Of a stretch of DNA of 54,502 nt, positions 13,401-26,699 are shown in pieces. The stretch is from positions 1 to 54,502 of the forward strand of contig NW_019091355.1 of assembly GCF_001949145.1 (NCBI RefSeq). The letters run 5' to 3'. The notes beneath the pieces are model-generated. The model ran no database searches. It saw only the letters and a list, made by a program, of their open reading frames with translations, and was not told the origin of the DNA. A program made the position numbers and the translations under genes. Every line of letters begins with the position of its first letter. Positions within the stretch are counted from its first letter, which is position 1. Source of the DNA: Acanthaster planci. Taxonomy: Eukaryota.

Positions 13401-15609
13401 AATTTCATCACCGTGGAGGAAAAAAATAGCTCTTCTTGGCTCTTGGGTGGATATAGTTCATACCGTAGACTTGTATCCGGCATGATCCAACAGATTCTAT
13501 ATTAATACACAACGACAGTTATAAAGCTGAAATATAAACTTTGCGAAGAAATGTCAACACAGACGAATGGCTTAAGGCCTAAACACAACCAGCAAAGTAA
13601 CCAGTGTAAAGGGATCAGGTAAACGAAATGTTTACCAATTATTGTCTTCTCAACGTTCAACAGTTGTCTCTCAAGTCACAGCAACATCACTTGACGTTGC
13701 AACTGTAGTTTTTTAGGGAAGCTTGGTTCTTTTTATAAGCATGGTTGATGAATCCCCCATCACCGTAAGACTGAGAACCAGAAAAAAAGACAATTTAATA
13801 AAAGATTGAGATGTAACATCCATGACAAAAAGATGGTGGCGCAGTATAGTACATATTGGGGTTTTGGGAGCCTGCATATTGACCCTGGGGTTGGTCTAGT
13901 CCCGTGGTATTCACAATGGGGTTGCTAAATACACCTGCTCACTATTACAGAGCAACAGCCAGAGGTCTCCACCTCACAGCAAGGATTGACTCAATGGGCT
14001 GTGCGACTCATTCCTTAAATTTAGTACAGGGTTACGATGCAGATAATTATGACAAAAAATCCGGCATTCAAATTTTATGGTACAATTTAATAAAAATGTT
14101 CAAAGTAGTACAAGCACAGCGATAATATTTAAGGTTAGCTACTACATTCTTCAGCCGCGTCCCAGTTATCGAGAGTATACATGTATGTCAACCAGCTGAC
14201 AACTTGAAAACATTTGCGAGTTTGTTTCTGCATTCAATTGGGGACCCTGAACAATGGAGGACAATGCGGTCCCCGATTGACAGAGGGGGTCCCCAGTTGC
14301 AGGCAAATACACACACACAAAAGTGGACAGAAAAGCGTGATATGTTGAAATCACCGTTGCATGTGTTTAAAGTCTTTAGTGAGGCCAAAATATCACTTCC
14401 AATTCATACAAGATAATTTTGTGTAAAATTTCCTCATCCATTGCTAGTAAGTCTGGCTTTTTCAAAAAACATTTGGCTTCCTATTATTAGCAAATCAAAC
14501 TTGCTATTCAGGAATGTTGGTCAAGTCGTCCCCAAGTCATGTCGTCAGCTTCGTATTGTTTTCAAACCTGTCAATTTCAAAAAGGTTTTGACATGCCTTT
14601 AGATCTTTACAAACCCAACAATAAAATACCAACTCGTGCATTTCAAGCACACATCTGTCTCCCACATTACGACTTTCATGTACATGAACGTTGGGTCTTT
14701 GACATAGGCCTGTCATGGCACGACAAAAAACGTGATTTATTACAAGATACCCTTGATCCACATATTTTGGTAGAGAAATTCATGTGATAGGGAGAAATGT
14801 TATGTGTTTGACTGTGCCAAGGTCGAACGAATGCTTATAGGAGAGACTGGAAAAGTGGTAGGTATATATGCAACACATGTATTCCTTCAAGCCAGGTTTT
14901 CCATATTTGACAGAATTACAAATTTACATGTAGACTTTGAATATCTGTATCTTAAATACCGTTTCAATCCGAACAGCTTAAGAAATTTCAAGTATTGATT
15001 CCAAGAAAAAGATGTCAATCTAGCCACTTTCGTTCCCTCCACTACACGCATGACATGCATATTTTGACTTGATGCCAAACCTACTCAGCAAATACTCAAA
15101 TTAGTATTTCACTTATTAATGAATAATTGTATCTAAGGTACTTATGTATACTTCAATCATTTTCAATACTAGCATAGGCCTAGCCACGTTTTATTGATCA
15201 TGTTGAGATGAAGCACATCATAGACTTTAGATCTAATGATAGCTACATGAAAAATCCTGCCGAGCTCTCACAATCCAGGGTTCGAGGAAATAGTATTCGT
15301 GTTCATGAAATTAAGATTATTAAGAAATACTTCGACGTATACGTTTACAAAAAAGTTACTCACCAAAGTTCTCTGGAACGGTTTCCGTTTAGGTGATGTC
15401 ATTCCCAACTCTGCTGGGTTCTGATTTTCATGATGCTTGCTAGTATCACCTTGGATACTCGGCCGATCACTTGAGTCAATGCTTGTGTCCAGCAACAGCT
15501 CCCGTCTCCGCTCGTGAACATACACACCGTTGGTGGATGTCAAAGCACACAGCAAAAGAACAAGCCCAACCTTCACCCAACATGAGTATGATACTACTGT
15601 GTTCGCCAT
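7440..15609 (-). CDS. Dkk1/2/4: Dickkopf-related secreted Wnt antagonist, Dkk1/2/4 type; 3 exons, 357 aa
   Basis: Exon 15609-15364: signal peptide MANTVVSYSCWVKVGLVLLLCALTSTNG, donor GTGAGT, phase 0. Exon 8949-8694: CRD1 CNGDDDC..FC...CLPCRRSRRRCQRNGMCCHGNVCRQGRC, acceptor ttgcAG, donor GTGAGT, phase 1. Exon 8011-7440: CRD2 C..[31 protein letters not shown]...FQRCHCGDSLSC...YHTCQ, then stop. Total 1074 nt, in frame. The HFW, ICKP and FQRC motifs are characteristic of Dkk1/2/4. Confidence 0.93.
9681..9750. repeat. Short imperfect inverted repeat (hairpin or MITE remnant) in Dkk intron 1
   Basis: gtctacgcatacgcagcc at 9681 pairs with ggctgcatacacgtagac ending at 9750. Confidence 0.6.
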
Positions 15610-18600
15610 TTTTTCAACAGAGGGTAAAATCTTTGGACGGCAATGTTATCAACCTTAACCTACTGGTTCAGTCCGAGGAGTAGAAGTCATACGTAGACTT
15701 CAAACAGCTAATAGTACATGTGCGTCAGCAAACATCATATTATGTACTGACAAATTCAACGATGGTGCCTGGCAGCATAGCTGTTCAACTTTTCCAGTTA
15801 ATGATGCTATACCCGTTTTTTAGCCAAGAAGAAAAAAACAATCACTAACATTTCACACAAGAAATAAAGCTTTTTGTTCTTTCGATCAGGAACACAGACA
15901 TCGCTTCCAAATGAGTAGTGATCTGAATGTGCAGGTACAGTAGCGACTACTCTCGACTGCTGCCACGCATTGCTTTGCTTACATCGCCCATTCCCTGAGG
16001 ATTAATTATAGCTCAATCATTGCCCACTACCCCCTAAACATTACAAAGGTGCCGACAAAGGCTTGCCGATAATACTCGTTAATTGGTCAGAGCCGTACGT
16101 CCCACGCGTCAGACTGGAAGCACACACTAAACTACTAGCCGATAAACCGCAGGATAAACTATGCAAAGCTTAGGGGGTCACGTCACGGACGATTTTTGCA
16201 TCAAGAGCTAGGTCGTCTTTGTACATGTATTTCAATTGAAAAGTTCCATGCCTAAAACCGGGGATCACGAACGCCTGAGTGATATATTGGAAAACCTTGC
16301 TTTTTAACTGAACTCCCGATTTATTATCCTGTGAATCTTCAAATTTGGTTCTTCTACCGAAATTTTCCATTGCTCTCCATGTTCAGGAGAAACACAGTCC
16401 CTGATCCTTTGTGAACCCATGCATGGGGCTAGCAATGATTCAGAAGAGGTCACTTGTTTGATGTGTTTTTTAAATATATAGTTGCATATTGCATCGGCTA
16501 TGTACTGATGGGTCCAAGGAAGGGGTTAAAGGAAGGCAATATCCCCCAAAATGAATGCTTATTTTAAATTTTGCCATCGCAAGTCATGAGCTACACATAT
16601 CTTTAATCATTAATGCCGCGTTGAATATAGCGCACGATTTCGGTAAAGGCCTTTTTTTTTCAAAAAGAACTACATGTAATTACTCTTGAACTCCACCAGC
16701 GGATGCACTCTTTGGTGCAAGGGATAGATAACTATACAAGAAGGGACGGTGTGAGAGTGTGGATGTTGGATTGGAGGTTTGATTGTCAGAGTAATGGTAT
16801 AGAGGTTAAGTTTGTAATATAGAGGCTGTCAATTTTCGTGGGTGTATGAAAAGGTTAGCTGGGTGCTTGGTGGATGTGGGTGTCTGCAGTGGACGTGAGC
16901 TGAATGACCCGATGCATGGTATATAGATGGACGATGGACGGGGCTTTGTCCACCATGGGTCAGGTAATCAACGCAGCTCTGTGAACATACTCTAGGCTGT
17001 CTATTAAACTTCACCACATCCACCCATCCAGCAGCAAAGGACGCGAACATATTGATTTGCAGTAAAAAGTTTTGATTGCCAACGTTTTCGACGGCAACAA
17101 TGTTTTAGGCCTACTTTATATTTCCCAGGTTCTCTTTGTCTCCATATCGCTTTGGACGAAATTTTTAATTGAATTTATGCCATGAATCATACCCACGCAT
17201 ACAGCGATGAATTCCCATGAATCATTTCATGTAAACACTTCGAACAGCCCACCACATCGCTTAACTCTGCTTGCGTAGGATTTCAGCTTGCCTACCCATA
17301 ATGGATTTGGCTCATTAGAGACTGTTATTTGCGTTACCACTTGATGTTTGTGGCATGATAAACTCCGGATGACGTGCAAATACCGCCTCTAGAGAAAAAC
17401 ACTAAAGATGGAATCGACTACTGGCTTTACACAATTAACCTATTTAAAAACCTCTGTTACAGTCCAGATGGACTCACGTCAGCCACGTAGAGGCAAATAA
17501 CACCATTAATCGTCTTTATTTACTTGATGTACAGGGATCTAGTTGATTTGAAACCGTTATCATTGAAACAATGACAGTTTCATCTTTCAGCCTTCATTAT
17601 CATGTCCATCACTGTGCCATTACCAAGCCACTCGATCTTAATCACCTCCACAGGTAAACTAATAAGGACCTGTGACGCACGCAATGGAACTATCTTGAGA
17701 ATGGTCATGATAGAAACTGGAGGTATACGAAGGCGCCATGCCGGAGAGTTTGGGACGGCATCTTCATTTTCATTGGGTTTTTGGTATCACTGCGGTTTAC
17801 AAATCCTGCTTCCAAATGCAAAATGGTTTAAGGACCATGTCTGGAATTTCAAATTGACCTAGTTCTCTACTATCAGACATGCAGTAACAACACGTACCAT
17901 GAAAGAGTCCTGTTTAAGGTATTTTGTAGCTCGCCTGATCAGATTTTTTTCTTGTGAACAAGCATGGAGCTATACAAGCGACTCGAGGTTTCGGCCATAC
18001 CCGCGTGATGTTTATTTAGCCACCACTGCCTGGTGCTCCTCTGGCGCACACTCTCCACACATCACACGATGCTATGACCAGCCTAAGGCATCGATGTTGA
18101 CATGGCGGTTGGGTGTTGATTGCTCCAGCGCTCTGAACATACCGTGGGTTAAAAGGTCGACTTGGAAAAGCCCCCGGTAGCAAGTCGACAAGTTTATCCT
18201 TCAGGTTGGTGATCTTGATTTTTGCCGACGATCAGTCGCTAAAATCTTGCAGGTAAGGCCCCCCACCGGGGGGAGGGATAAAAAGCTAGAGCTACATTTT
18301 TTTTAGAGTCCGGAGACCAAGCCGTTGGAAAGTTATACGCTGTAACAATTTAAGGTGGATTCCCTTCCTGTGACTGGGATGTATTCCACTCCTCATGCTC
18401 TGATGTCTCGTCATATTGTTTTTCCCGGTTGGTGCGGTCTGACTTTTCAAAGTTCATCAGGCTTTTGAATTTTTGTCAGAAGCTCGGGTATTTTAGGAGG
18501 AGATCATGCTTAGCCAGGTTCAGTTGCTCAGGTAGGCAGGCATTTTTAAACCTAAACAGAGCTGGTGGCAGAATCCGCTCTCAGCCAACTTTTCCGATAT

Positions 18601-20513
18601 AGCTGTTTTTTTACGAGCCGAGGCCTTGAGCAAATTTTTAAGCAGGTCACAGTCATTTTGACACAAATGTAAAATCGAAGATGCTGTACTCAAGCAGCAC
18701 CCTCGTTACTGAGATAGGTTAGCAAAAATTAATGTGTTCTTTTCCGCTACGTTGACCAGTGCACGCTGGCTGGCACGAGTGTAGCCTCCACATTCAAATG
18801 GCCGTAACGGAAAATATGTCAAATTGAGTCGAAACTCCACATTTGTACTGATAAGCAGTATTTGTACATGCATGCTGTGTTTTAAAAAATGTTGTATGAG
18901 ACGGCTGGACTCTTTTAGCGCAATCCGCCCCCCCCCCGGCTGTGAGCCTAGGCCTAATATAACCCGGCTTTTTCAGGATTAGTCCTTGAACGAATCGGCC
19001 TGGTCGCGTTGCGATTGTGTTGCGCTTTCGTTGGAAGTCCACCGCTTTGAGTTCGATTACTGCAGAAGGTGGAGCCCAGCACATTGCTTAATTCCAATTT
19101 GTTAAAGAAAATATTTTTAATGTCCTCTCTTATTCAAAGGAGTTCCCTTGTTGCCTACAGTAACATTTCCTCCAAAATCCCCTCATTTCAGTTCGCTGAA
19201 CATCTGGAAATACTCAGAACGTTTCAGTATAGATGGTTAGGTTGTATATGCTCAGTTGCCCCAACAAACGCCTCAAATATGTCGGCTTAAGACGCTTCAT
19301 TATAATCCCAGGGAATGAGGTTCCTTTTAAATCAAAGGCTTTGAAGTCACCGCTAGCTAGGCTCAATCCTCTTTCAATGAAAACTTTGTTCACTTTCGAA
19401 GCTTTATCGCAACGGACATTTACCAGACACGTTAGGCTGGTACAATAAAGGGATTTATAATGCGAAAGTCCTGATCGCCTTAAAAAACCATGTAGGTATC
19501 TTGTTGTTAGAGTTTTGAATAAGATCAGAGTGTCCTTCTGCTGGATTTAATCCCTACTTCCTCTCAGCATGATGTTCGTCCAACTGTCTTTATTATCTGG
19601 CTTGTAACACATTTGCCTTCCAAACAAACTCAACTCACATCCTGTGATGTCTGCAGAAAACTTCCTACGGCCTTTACTGCACACTCTGTATTCTAATAGG
19701 TGAAAGTATATGTTTAACAAATACATGTAATTACTGTGGAGACAATATCGAACCCCTTTGCGATATACTTTGGAGAAACGCTGAGCTTTACTATTTTAAA
19801 AAGTTTCATTCTAGTCTTCGGAAAACTCGTCCCTGGTTGACTATCCCGTATCTATTGCTGGCTGCGATGTTTTGTGTGGAATTTCCTTGCGATTTAGGGA
19901 AGTGTGAATGAATTGATCGTCAATGCCGCAGCTTCTGTGACTTCTATTACGCCTGAGTGAGTTTGATTCTCTCGAATTCAGTTGTTGGCATTTAATTGGG
20001 TACTGCACGTCAAAGGTTCATACATGAACACTCAGCGGCTTGAACTGTGAAGATGCATTTTGCTCGGAAAAAAAACCTAATGCACTCCTGACATTGGAAT
20101 GACAAGCCCCTTTACAGGGCCTGTTTTACTCACCACCAATTAGGAACTATTGAGGTAAACTGCGTTGTAATTGCTGACTAATTGGCGGTGCACTTTTGTT
20201 GTCGTCAATCATGATCTTAGCCACTTGTCATCTCAAGCAAGCCAGGATTTATGGTGAGCTTTCAGAATTCCTCAGAGATTTTCAAACAATGCGGTCCTCC
20301 AGCGTCTTTCCACTGACGCGATACTTGACGAATCATAGTGAGATTTTCATTGTGAAAACAACTAGCTTACACACTGTGGTCAGCCCCCTCTCCATTTCAT
20401 GAGCGTGGGTTCTATTTGTTATATTTCTAAGGCCGAACGGAGTTGGTTATGACTGGGGTTAAACGTAAAATCCATAATTCTTCGGAGTGAACACTTGAAA
20501 TTAATTGCTTTAC

Positions 20514-23433
20514 CTTTCTCGTGTCCTGACGTTTTGATCACTTCCGCTTCTGGCGCACTATCCTGCAATGGAATGAGAGTTAGAAGGTGAAAAGAACGTA
20601 CTGCTTCCCAACTCCAAATATTAGTATAAATTCATGTTGTGACTTGAAAGAATACGTAAATTCATCATACTTTCCAACACCGTAAAATGCTCAGCAAAAT
20701 ACTAGGTTTTCCAACACCCATCCAACCCCCCCTCCAAACAAAAAAAACATTTATTTTCTTCCAAATAAAGTAAGGTGATGGGTGCACCCCTCATATTTAG
20801 GCCAGAAATATGTCCGCCGATCTCATTAATAAAAGTTATAGACTCAAAATATTCTATATTAGAGGGCCCTGAGAGCCATGGAACTGAGGAATCGAAGAAA
20901 TATGAGACTGGACCTCTGGGCCGGACTCAGGGCTTCCAATTCCGAGCAATTTGGATGCAATCGGGTTTGAAAGTGGCACTATTTGAGCCATTTTGCCGAG
21001 GGAGGGTTTTTCAAAATGGCTTCTTTTCTGGACAGGGACATTTTCTGCATGTTAGGGGTGGTCTGCTTCTAGTGAAATTTTCTCAAAAATTCATTGGTAA
21101 ACCCCCCGAAAATTGAAAGGAAAATTAAAGAGGACACGTGGAACGTCATTTTTCTGTGCAGCGTGAACACCTGTGGGATTTGTATTTTTAAAATATTTGT
21201 GGAGTATGGGGATTTGTCACTGCTGTCTATGGGAATTTATTTTTAGTGGTTCACTCTGATGTTGGACATCAACGTTCAATCTGTAATAGCGCCCTCAATG
21301 TAGTTTATGCTGCATATACAGATATAAAGGAAGTCCGAGTTCCTCTCGTATTCTTTACTTTTGAGGGAGGGCCGATCATTCGGGAAGATAAAACAGACGG
21401 TAGAAATTATTTCCTGAACACACCTGATGAGACATGTTCATTTATGTGGCTTGAACTGAATAAACCCCATGCTTGGGTTTGTACTTTCTGTATATAAGAA
21501 AAGACAGTCTTTGATTTTCTTTTTCGAATAAAGTATTTAAGGGACTTGAGCAAGTTAAATGTACGTTGGCCCCGATCCCCCGTGTTCCTGCTGTTTTATA
21601 TGAACATGTACCAAGTACCAGTCACAGAACCAACCAGCGCGCTTGAACGTTGCGACATGCTGTAGGGTATAATAATTGTGGGAAAAATATTATTAGGTGG
21701 TCCGCGTGGTGCATGGTGCTTGGCAGTTTGACAGTTCACCGCGGTTTTTCAAAGATGCATGCATGCCGATGAGGACATACAGCTTCGTGTTCATAAATAA
21801 ACCTCATGGCAGTTTGTCTGACCTCAGCAGGAAGGGGTTCTTTTTGTTCCAATCGCCAAACTACCATTCGAGTAGTCCGATTTGAGTTACTCGTCGAGTC
21901 GTGAATTGCGAAAAATTTGCACAACCGTAGATTATTTACGGTGTTGAAGGGCTTTAATGAACAGCGCACATGATTACATCATGGATTCGGCGGTGAAATA
22001 ACTGCTGCGTAGGTGCATTGAATAATATCTCCCTCGTGTCTAAATACACTTGATGAGAACTATTGGGTTTAATCACAAAATCCACACTTTTTCTTAGTTT
22101 TGCTGTAGAGCCAAGGATACAGAAAGGGACCAATAGACTGGCACTAGGTCTTTGGCAAGCATGTGTAGTGATTTGTCCCCCGCCGCGAGCAAAATCTTTG
22201 GATTATCCTTGGGTGTTTTTTTTTTACGTGTTCCATGTAGACAATACTAAAGAAAACATCTCTATGCTGGGAAAGGGAAAAAAATGTGTGACATTCTGCA
22301 ACGATTTCTGGGGGGAATATCTCATTTGGCATACCGTGTAGAAATTGCACTAAACTGGGCGTTTGGGCCGTTTTCCAATACTCATTTCCAAAGCCAATCC
22401 CCGATTGTGGGCCTGAAGCGTTTAAAATAAATTGAAGTACTGCAGTGTTTGCCTCTATTGCACGTTTACTTGATGTTTTGTGGCACTATATGACTTACTA
22501 GCACGCTTACAACTTCAAAGTCAGGCAGTTAGAAAAAAAGGTTGAAGCCACAAACGGAGCTGAAGTCGTGTATTAGAAAACGGCCTTAGAGAACGTTTAG
22601 TTACTATCCGCCCCGAGTTGAAGTGCACCCCCAAGCGCACAGATATTACGCGTATTCAGCGTGCTCTGGTTCAAACGCACTATTGATTTCCATTATAAAC
22701 GCATGCCTGTGCGGTGAGTACATTGATCTCCATAATGGAGATGAATGTTGAGTAGCAAAAAACACGCCCTCAAAACACGCTCGGAGCGATAAGCACGCAG
22801 TTTTACTCCGCGCCGATCGGGGTACATTGAACAAATTCTGACCCCATTGAAAATAGTGTAAAAATCAACAAAGTTTGCTGCCCCATGGCGGGCAACTTAA
22901 GTCCCTGAGGCCTCTCAAACAATGTGTTGTTTGGTCCTTCAGATTTCAATTAATTTTCAATTTTTAGTACGTTAACAAATGAAATTTTTAATTATCCGCC
23001 AAAACCAAACTCACCCCCCAAAAGTGAATGTTCCGTTTTCTCAGCAGCCATTTTCAAATGACATCCCTCACCTTCTCAGGCTCTTCTAACAAATTTTCAA
23101 TCACATTTTTTCTGCTTTGCCCCCAGATAGGTGACCATGAATCTACAGAGATAATCCTGGGTTATACTGACACAATCCCACAATTTCTTGGCCTAAACAG
23201 ACCCTTCTTTCCGAAAGAATCTGTCAGGGACACTTTTTAAGCGCCTCCGCTGTCGGAGAATTTTCCTTGAATTGGGACAGTGGACCACTGATCTCTACCA
23301 CTGATACTGACAAGAGATCAGTGCACTGCACGCACCGGTTCACCCCCGCCCCATTTATGCGGCCCCATTCCGACACTGCTGTAAATAGCCGAACACTAAC
23401 GATACTATCCGAATGTGGACAGGACGTCGACAT
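20514..23433 (-). pseudogene. Possible decayed multi-exon gene of unknown family
   Basis: ATG at 23433 (MSTSCPHSDSIVSV...RCVQC). A 1-nt frameshift in the T-run at 23234-23238 and one TAA at 23164-23162 interrupt a frame that ends EEPEK at AAG|GTGAGG (exon end 23072, phase 0). A 49-bp exon-like unit 20562-20514 has a branch-point-like ttctaac, a pyrimidine tract, CAG and an AAG|GTAAAG donor, and reads DSAPEAEVIKTSGHEK in phase 0. Confidence 0.4.
22366..22585. mobile_element. MITE with GGCCGTTTTCCAATAC terminal inverted repeats (copy 1)
   Basis: Left ggccgttttccaatac, right gtattagaaaacggcc. Internal sequence gatgttttgtggcacta...acaacttcaaagtcagg...acggagctgaagt is shared with 25734-25977. Confidence 0.75.
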
Positions 23434-23549
23434 GTTCGGAATATGTCGGCTGTTTCCGGAAACTGGAGGAATTCATTGTGTTTTGGTTACGAATACCCAT
23501 CACAGTATAAAGACTTATGGTTATACCAGCATAGAGGGATCTCAATACG

Positions 23550-23672
23550 ACGCTTTTATTAGCGTCGATCTGCGCACTTCCGCGTTTGAAAACGAGGCTG
23601 TATGTGTCAGTTTCAATTCTAAATACGATCAGACGATTGAAAGTAAGGAGTCAAGACACAAAATACATGAAG
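23550..23672 (+). promoter_or_regulatory. Candidate non-coding first exon and CpG-rich promoter of the annexin gene
   Basis: The annexin ATG exon begins at an acceptor (ttttgcAG, 26692) only 7 nt before the ATG, which implies an upstream UTR exon. A good donor AAG|GTATGT lies at 23672/23673 within a locally CpG-rich region (~23270-24430). The start coordinate is a guess. Confidence 0.35.
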
Positions 23673-25733
23673 GTATGTTAAATTTAGACTTTTCAGGCTG
23701 CAAATTTTTGTGGAAGAGTATTTCAGGATGACTCGACACGTAAAATCAAAAGAAAAAATAACAACAATTTACCGCGAACTAACGTACCTGCGATTGTCGT
23801 GTATCTTGTGCAGTGGACGTGGTTTAAACTGAAGTGGTGTCACACTTACGAACGGGATACTGTATGTACTGTGTCGACTCCGCGTGCGCGCGCGACGAAG
23901 TTCAACACCGAGAGCCTCGGCTTTGATCAAAGATCGTATAGCGCCGCGCGGGGCAGATGCGCGCAGAGGGCGCTAATGTGAAATCCCTCTGGTATCCAGC
24001 CAGACTAGGAAATTTTGTCGAGAAACTGGCGTTGAGGGCGGCAGAGCACGGCGTGGTTATGTTTATGTCAACTACACGCACAGTCCCCGTACGTACATGT
24101 ATACCCGGACCCATATGAGTTCGCAAACTCGCACGACACACACGGATCACGCCCTACGAGTAAACGCTTGCGACACAGAGTCGACAAGGGTGACACCAAA
24201 TGGGAGCATAATGATTTGTAGGATTTATGGAGAAATAAATTCCATTCTTTTTGGTGCTTTTCAGAAGGGAAATTTCTCTTTGTCTCTTGTTGATCGGCGC
24301 AACACGATACTACACAAATTTCTGTAAATACATGATCGAATTGGAGGTTTTCCAGCGGCCTACACAACTTTCCGTATTTTTCCGGAGCAAGCGGAACAGT
24401 GTGTGTAGTTGCGTACGTGCACAGGAAACGAACAGAAGGGCGTAGATTCATATTACATGTATGATGAAGGCCTACATGTATACTGTACATTGTACAGTAC
24501 ATGTATGTACAGTACCCGTATTGCAAGTTGTGGTGCGTAACGTTTGAGCTGGAATTGGCTGCTTTGCCTCAGGTTGGTTCTTGATTTAGATGTTAATAGT
24601 ATATTTCGTATAGCCTTATGATTAGACTTCACAAAGTGCTAAAGAGGTGAAATTTTGAGCAATAATCAGCAAACTTGCAGTAGGTCTAGGCCTACTTAGC
24701 TGGAACGTGGAAGGGTGCGAGACCAGGCCGAGGTTGCACAGGTAGCCTACATCCATCGCGCCCAGTATGCGCCTGGGCTATATTACCCAGTCCATAGGCA
24801 ATAATGACACAAGGAAATCGCTTTTTTGTTTTCTTTCACGATTTCTAAGCATTGTGTCAGACATTTGCATTTTCCACAAAACTAATTTTTTGTTAGGCCG
24901 AGCCTATGTCATGTACATGTATGTGTACTCATGTAACATGATGTAGGCCATGTACATGTACTATTTGTAGGCCTGTAGCATTGCCAGCAGGAAAAGAATG
25001 AGGAAGGCTTCGTTGGTTTCTCCCAGTGCACCTGTAACCTCACCAGATGAAGCCAAAAAGTCATTGAAAATGCTAACAATATGCTATTACAATGATGCAT
25101 CAGATTTTGATGTAAACAAAAATGGATAGTGGGCAGCTCTTTCTCATTTTTAAAAGTTCTTAAAATGTGCGTGCAAGTAGAATGTTGGCCCATGGTTGCT
25201 TTAATATTATTTTACAGGTATACACCCCTCAACTGATTTTTAGTGCTCTGTTGTTTTTTAAAATGATTGCAGTATTTCTTCACAAAAAAAAGAAATATTG
25301 GAAAATAATGAAATTGTAGTAGCTACACGTACCATCCTGAAGTTTCTGCAGTGGGCCCTGATTTTGCTTATGCCAACATTTGGGGCTGCTTAATGTTATA
25401 AGCCTATACAATAGTGATTACACACTTTGTGATTTCAAGTCAGTACTTGTTTAACATCCAAAGATCAGTAATTTTATCATTTGTACTATTTTGCAGCAAC
25501 ATATTTGACGCACAAATTGGCCCTGGTCTTTTTAATACATGTTGAATATTCCATGTTGATACAGAGGTTTTTTATTTTCTTTGTCACTACATGTACATAT
25601 ATGGTTACCAGCAAATATCTTATAACGCTGTGAATATGTGTAAAACGTTATCGCACGGGCGCCATTTGTGTTGGAATACGTCTGTGCAGTGCATGCAAAG
25701 GCGCAGGTGCTGCGACAGGCAGGCACACATATA

Positions 25734-25977
25734 GGCCGTTTCCAACTCAACTTCGTCTCCATCTGAGGCTTTATCTTCAAAATCAATCCTTGGTTGTACA
25801 TGTAGGCCAGAAGCATAATTTTAAGCACCGTAATTTTTGGTTCTTTTGCATCTAACTTGATGTATTGTGGCGCTATCAGACTTACTATTACATTTACAAC
25901 TTCAAAGTCAGGTAGTAAAAAAGAAACACTTGCCTGAAGCCTGAGACGGAGCTGAAGTTGAGTATTGGAAAACTGTG
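25734..25977. mobile_element. MITE with GGCCGTTT(T)CCAA terminal inverted repeats (copy 2)
   Basis: Left ggccgtttccaactcaacttcgtctccatctgaggctt pairs with right aagcctgagacggagctgaagttgagtattggaaaac; internal similarity to 22366-22585. Confidence 0.75.
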
Positions 25978-26081
25978 TAGGCCTGCGTATTAACGTTCAC
26001 ACTCGAATTGTGCCCATGATAATAACACCTTTTTGGCCAAGTTATCCATCTTGCACCGCTGCGTGACGCTATACAATCTTT

Positions 26082-26230
26082 GGTTACCAGCAACCAGCCA
26101 CTGAGTACCGTCACTGAGTATGTACAGTGTACATGTACAGTATGGTTACCAGCAGCCAGCCACTGAGTATGTACAGTGTACATGTATGGTTACCAGCAGC
26201 CAGCCGCTGAGTACATATAGTGTGTATGTA
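26082..26230. repeat. Minisatellite (~44-60-bp unit) running into an assembly gap
   Basis: ggttaccagca(a/g)ccagcc(a/g)ctgagta...tacagtgtacatgta repeated about 3 times before the N run. Confidence 0.85.
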
Positions 26231-26340
26231 NNNNNNNNNNNNNNNNNNNNNNNNNNNNNNNNNNNNNNNNNNNNNNNNNNNNNNNNNNNNNNNNNNNNNN
26301 NNNNNNNNNNNNNNNNNNNNNNNNNNNNNNNNNNNNNNNN
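26231..26340. other. Assembly gap (N run)
   Basis: Run of N bases. Confidence 1.
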
Positions 26341-26699
26341 CATGTATGGGCATAGCAATAACAATGGATTATCTACTACTTTATGCTGAGAACAAGCAAT
26401 GATGCACTGGTACACCACAATACATCCATTGAGACTACGATTATTCATATGCAAACATACTGTGGATTCCTATACAATACCTGTATCTGTCCACTGTACA
26501 TTATCTGCACTGGCAAGGAGTGTTCTACTGACCATGGCTAATTAGACTAGCAACAGCTCCTCATCCATCTTAGTCTCTTACTTACATTAAACTTGTATAA
26601 GTCACTCATCCATTTCCATCACTGACAATTATAATGTGTAATTTTTATAAATCACACATTCAGATACATATTGGATATTGATTATTTTGCAGTATCACT

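Noticed and set aside
10080..13910. tRNA-like heads at ~10085 and ~13835
   Set aside because: Only loose A-box resemblance, with no cloverleaf or convincing B box; at most very old SINE debris.
10640..17760. Smad1/5 BMP-response elements around Dkk (GGCGCC at ~10693, 12971, 17732)
   Set aside because: None has the GTCT/GNC partner at 5-nt spacing on the plus strand (the reverse arrangement was not checked systematically), and isolated hexamers are expected by chance.
23267..23731. 154-aa plus-strand ORF (and the 152-aa minus-strand ORF 24068-24526)
   Set aside because: Non-ATG starts, no recognisable domain, located in a CpG-rich promoter-like region where stops are rarer.
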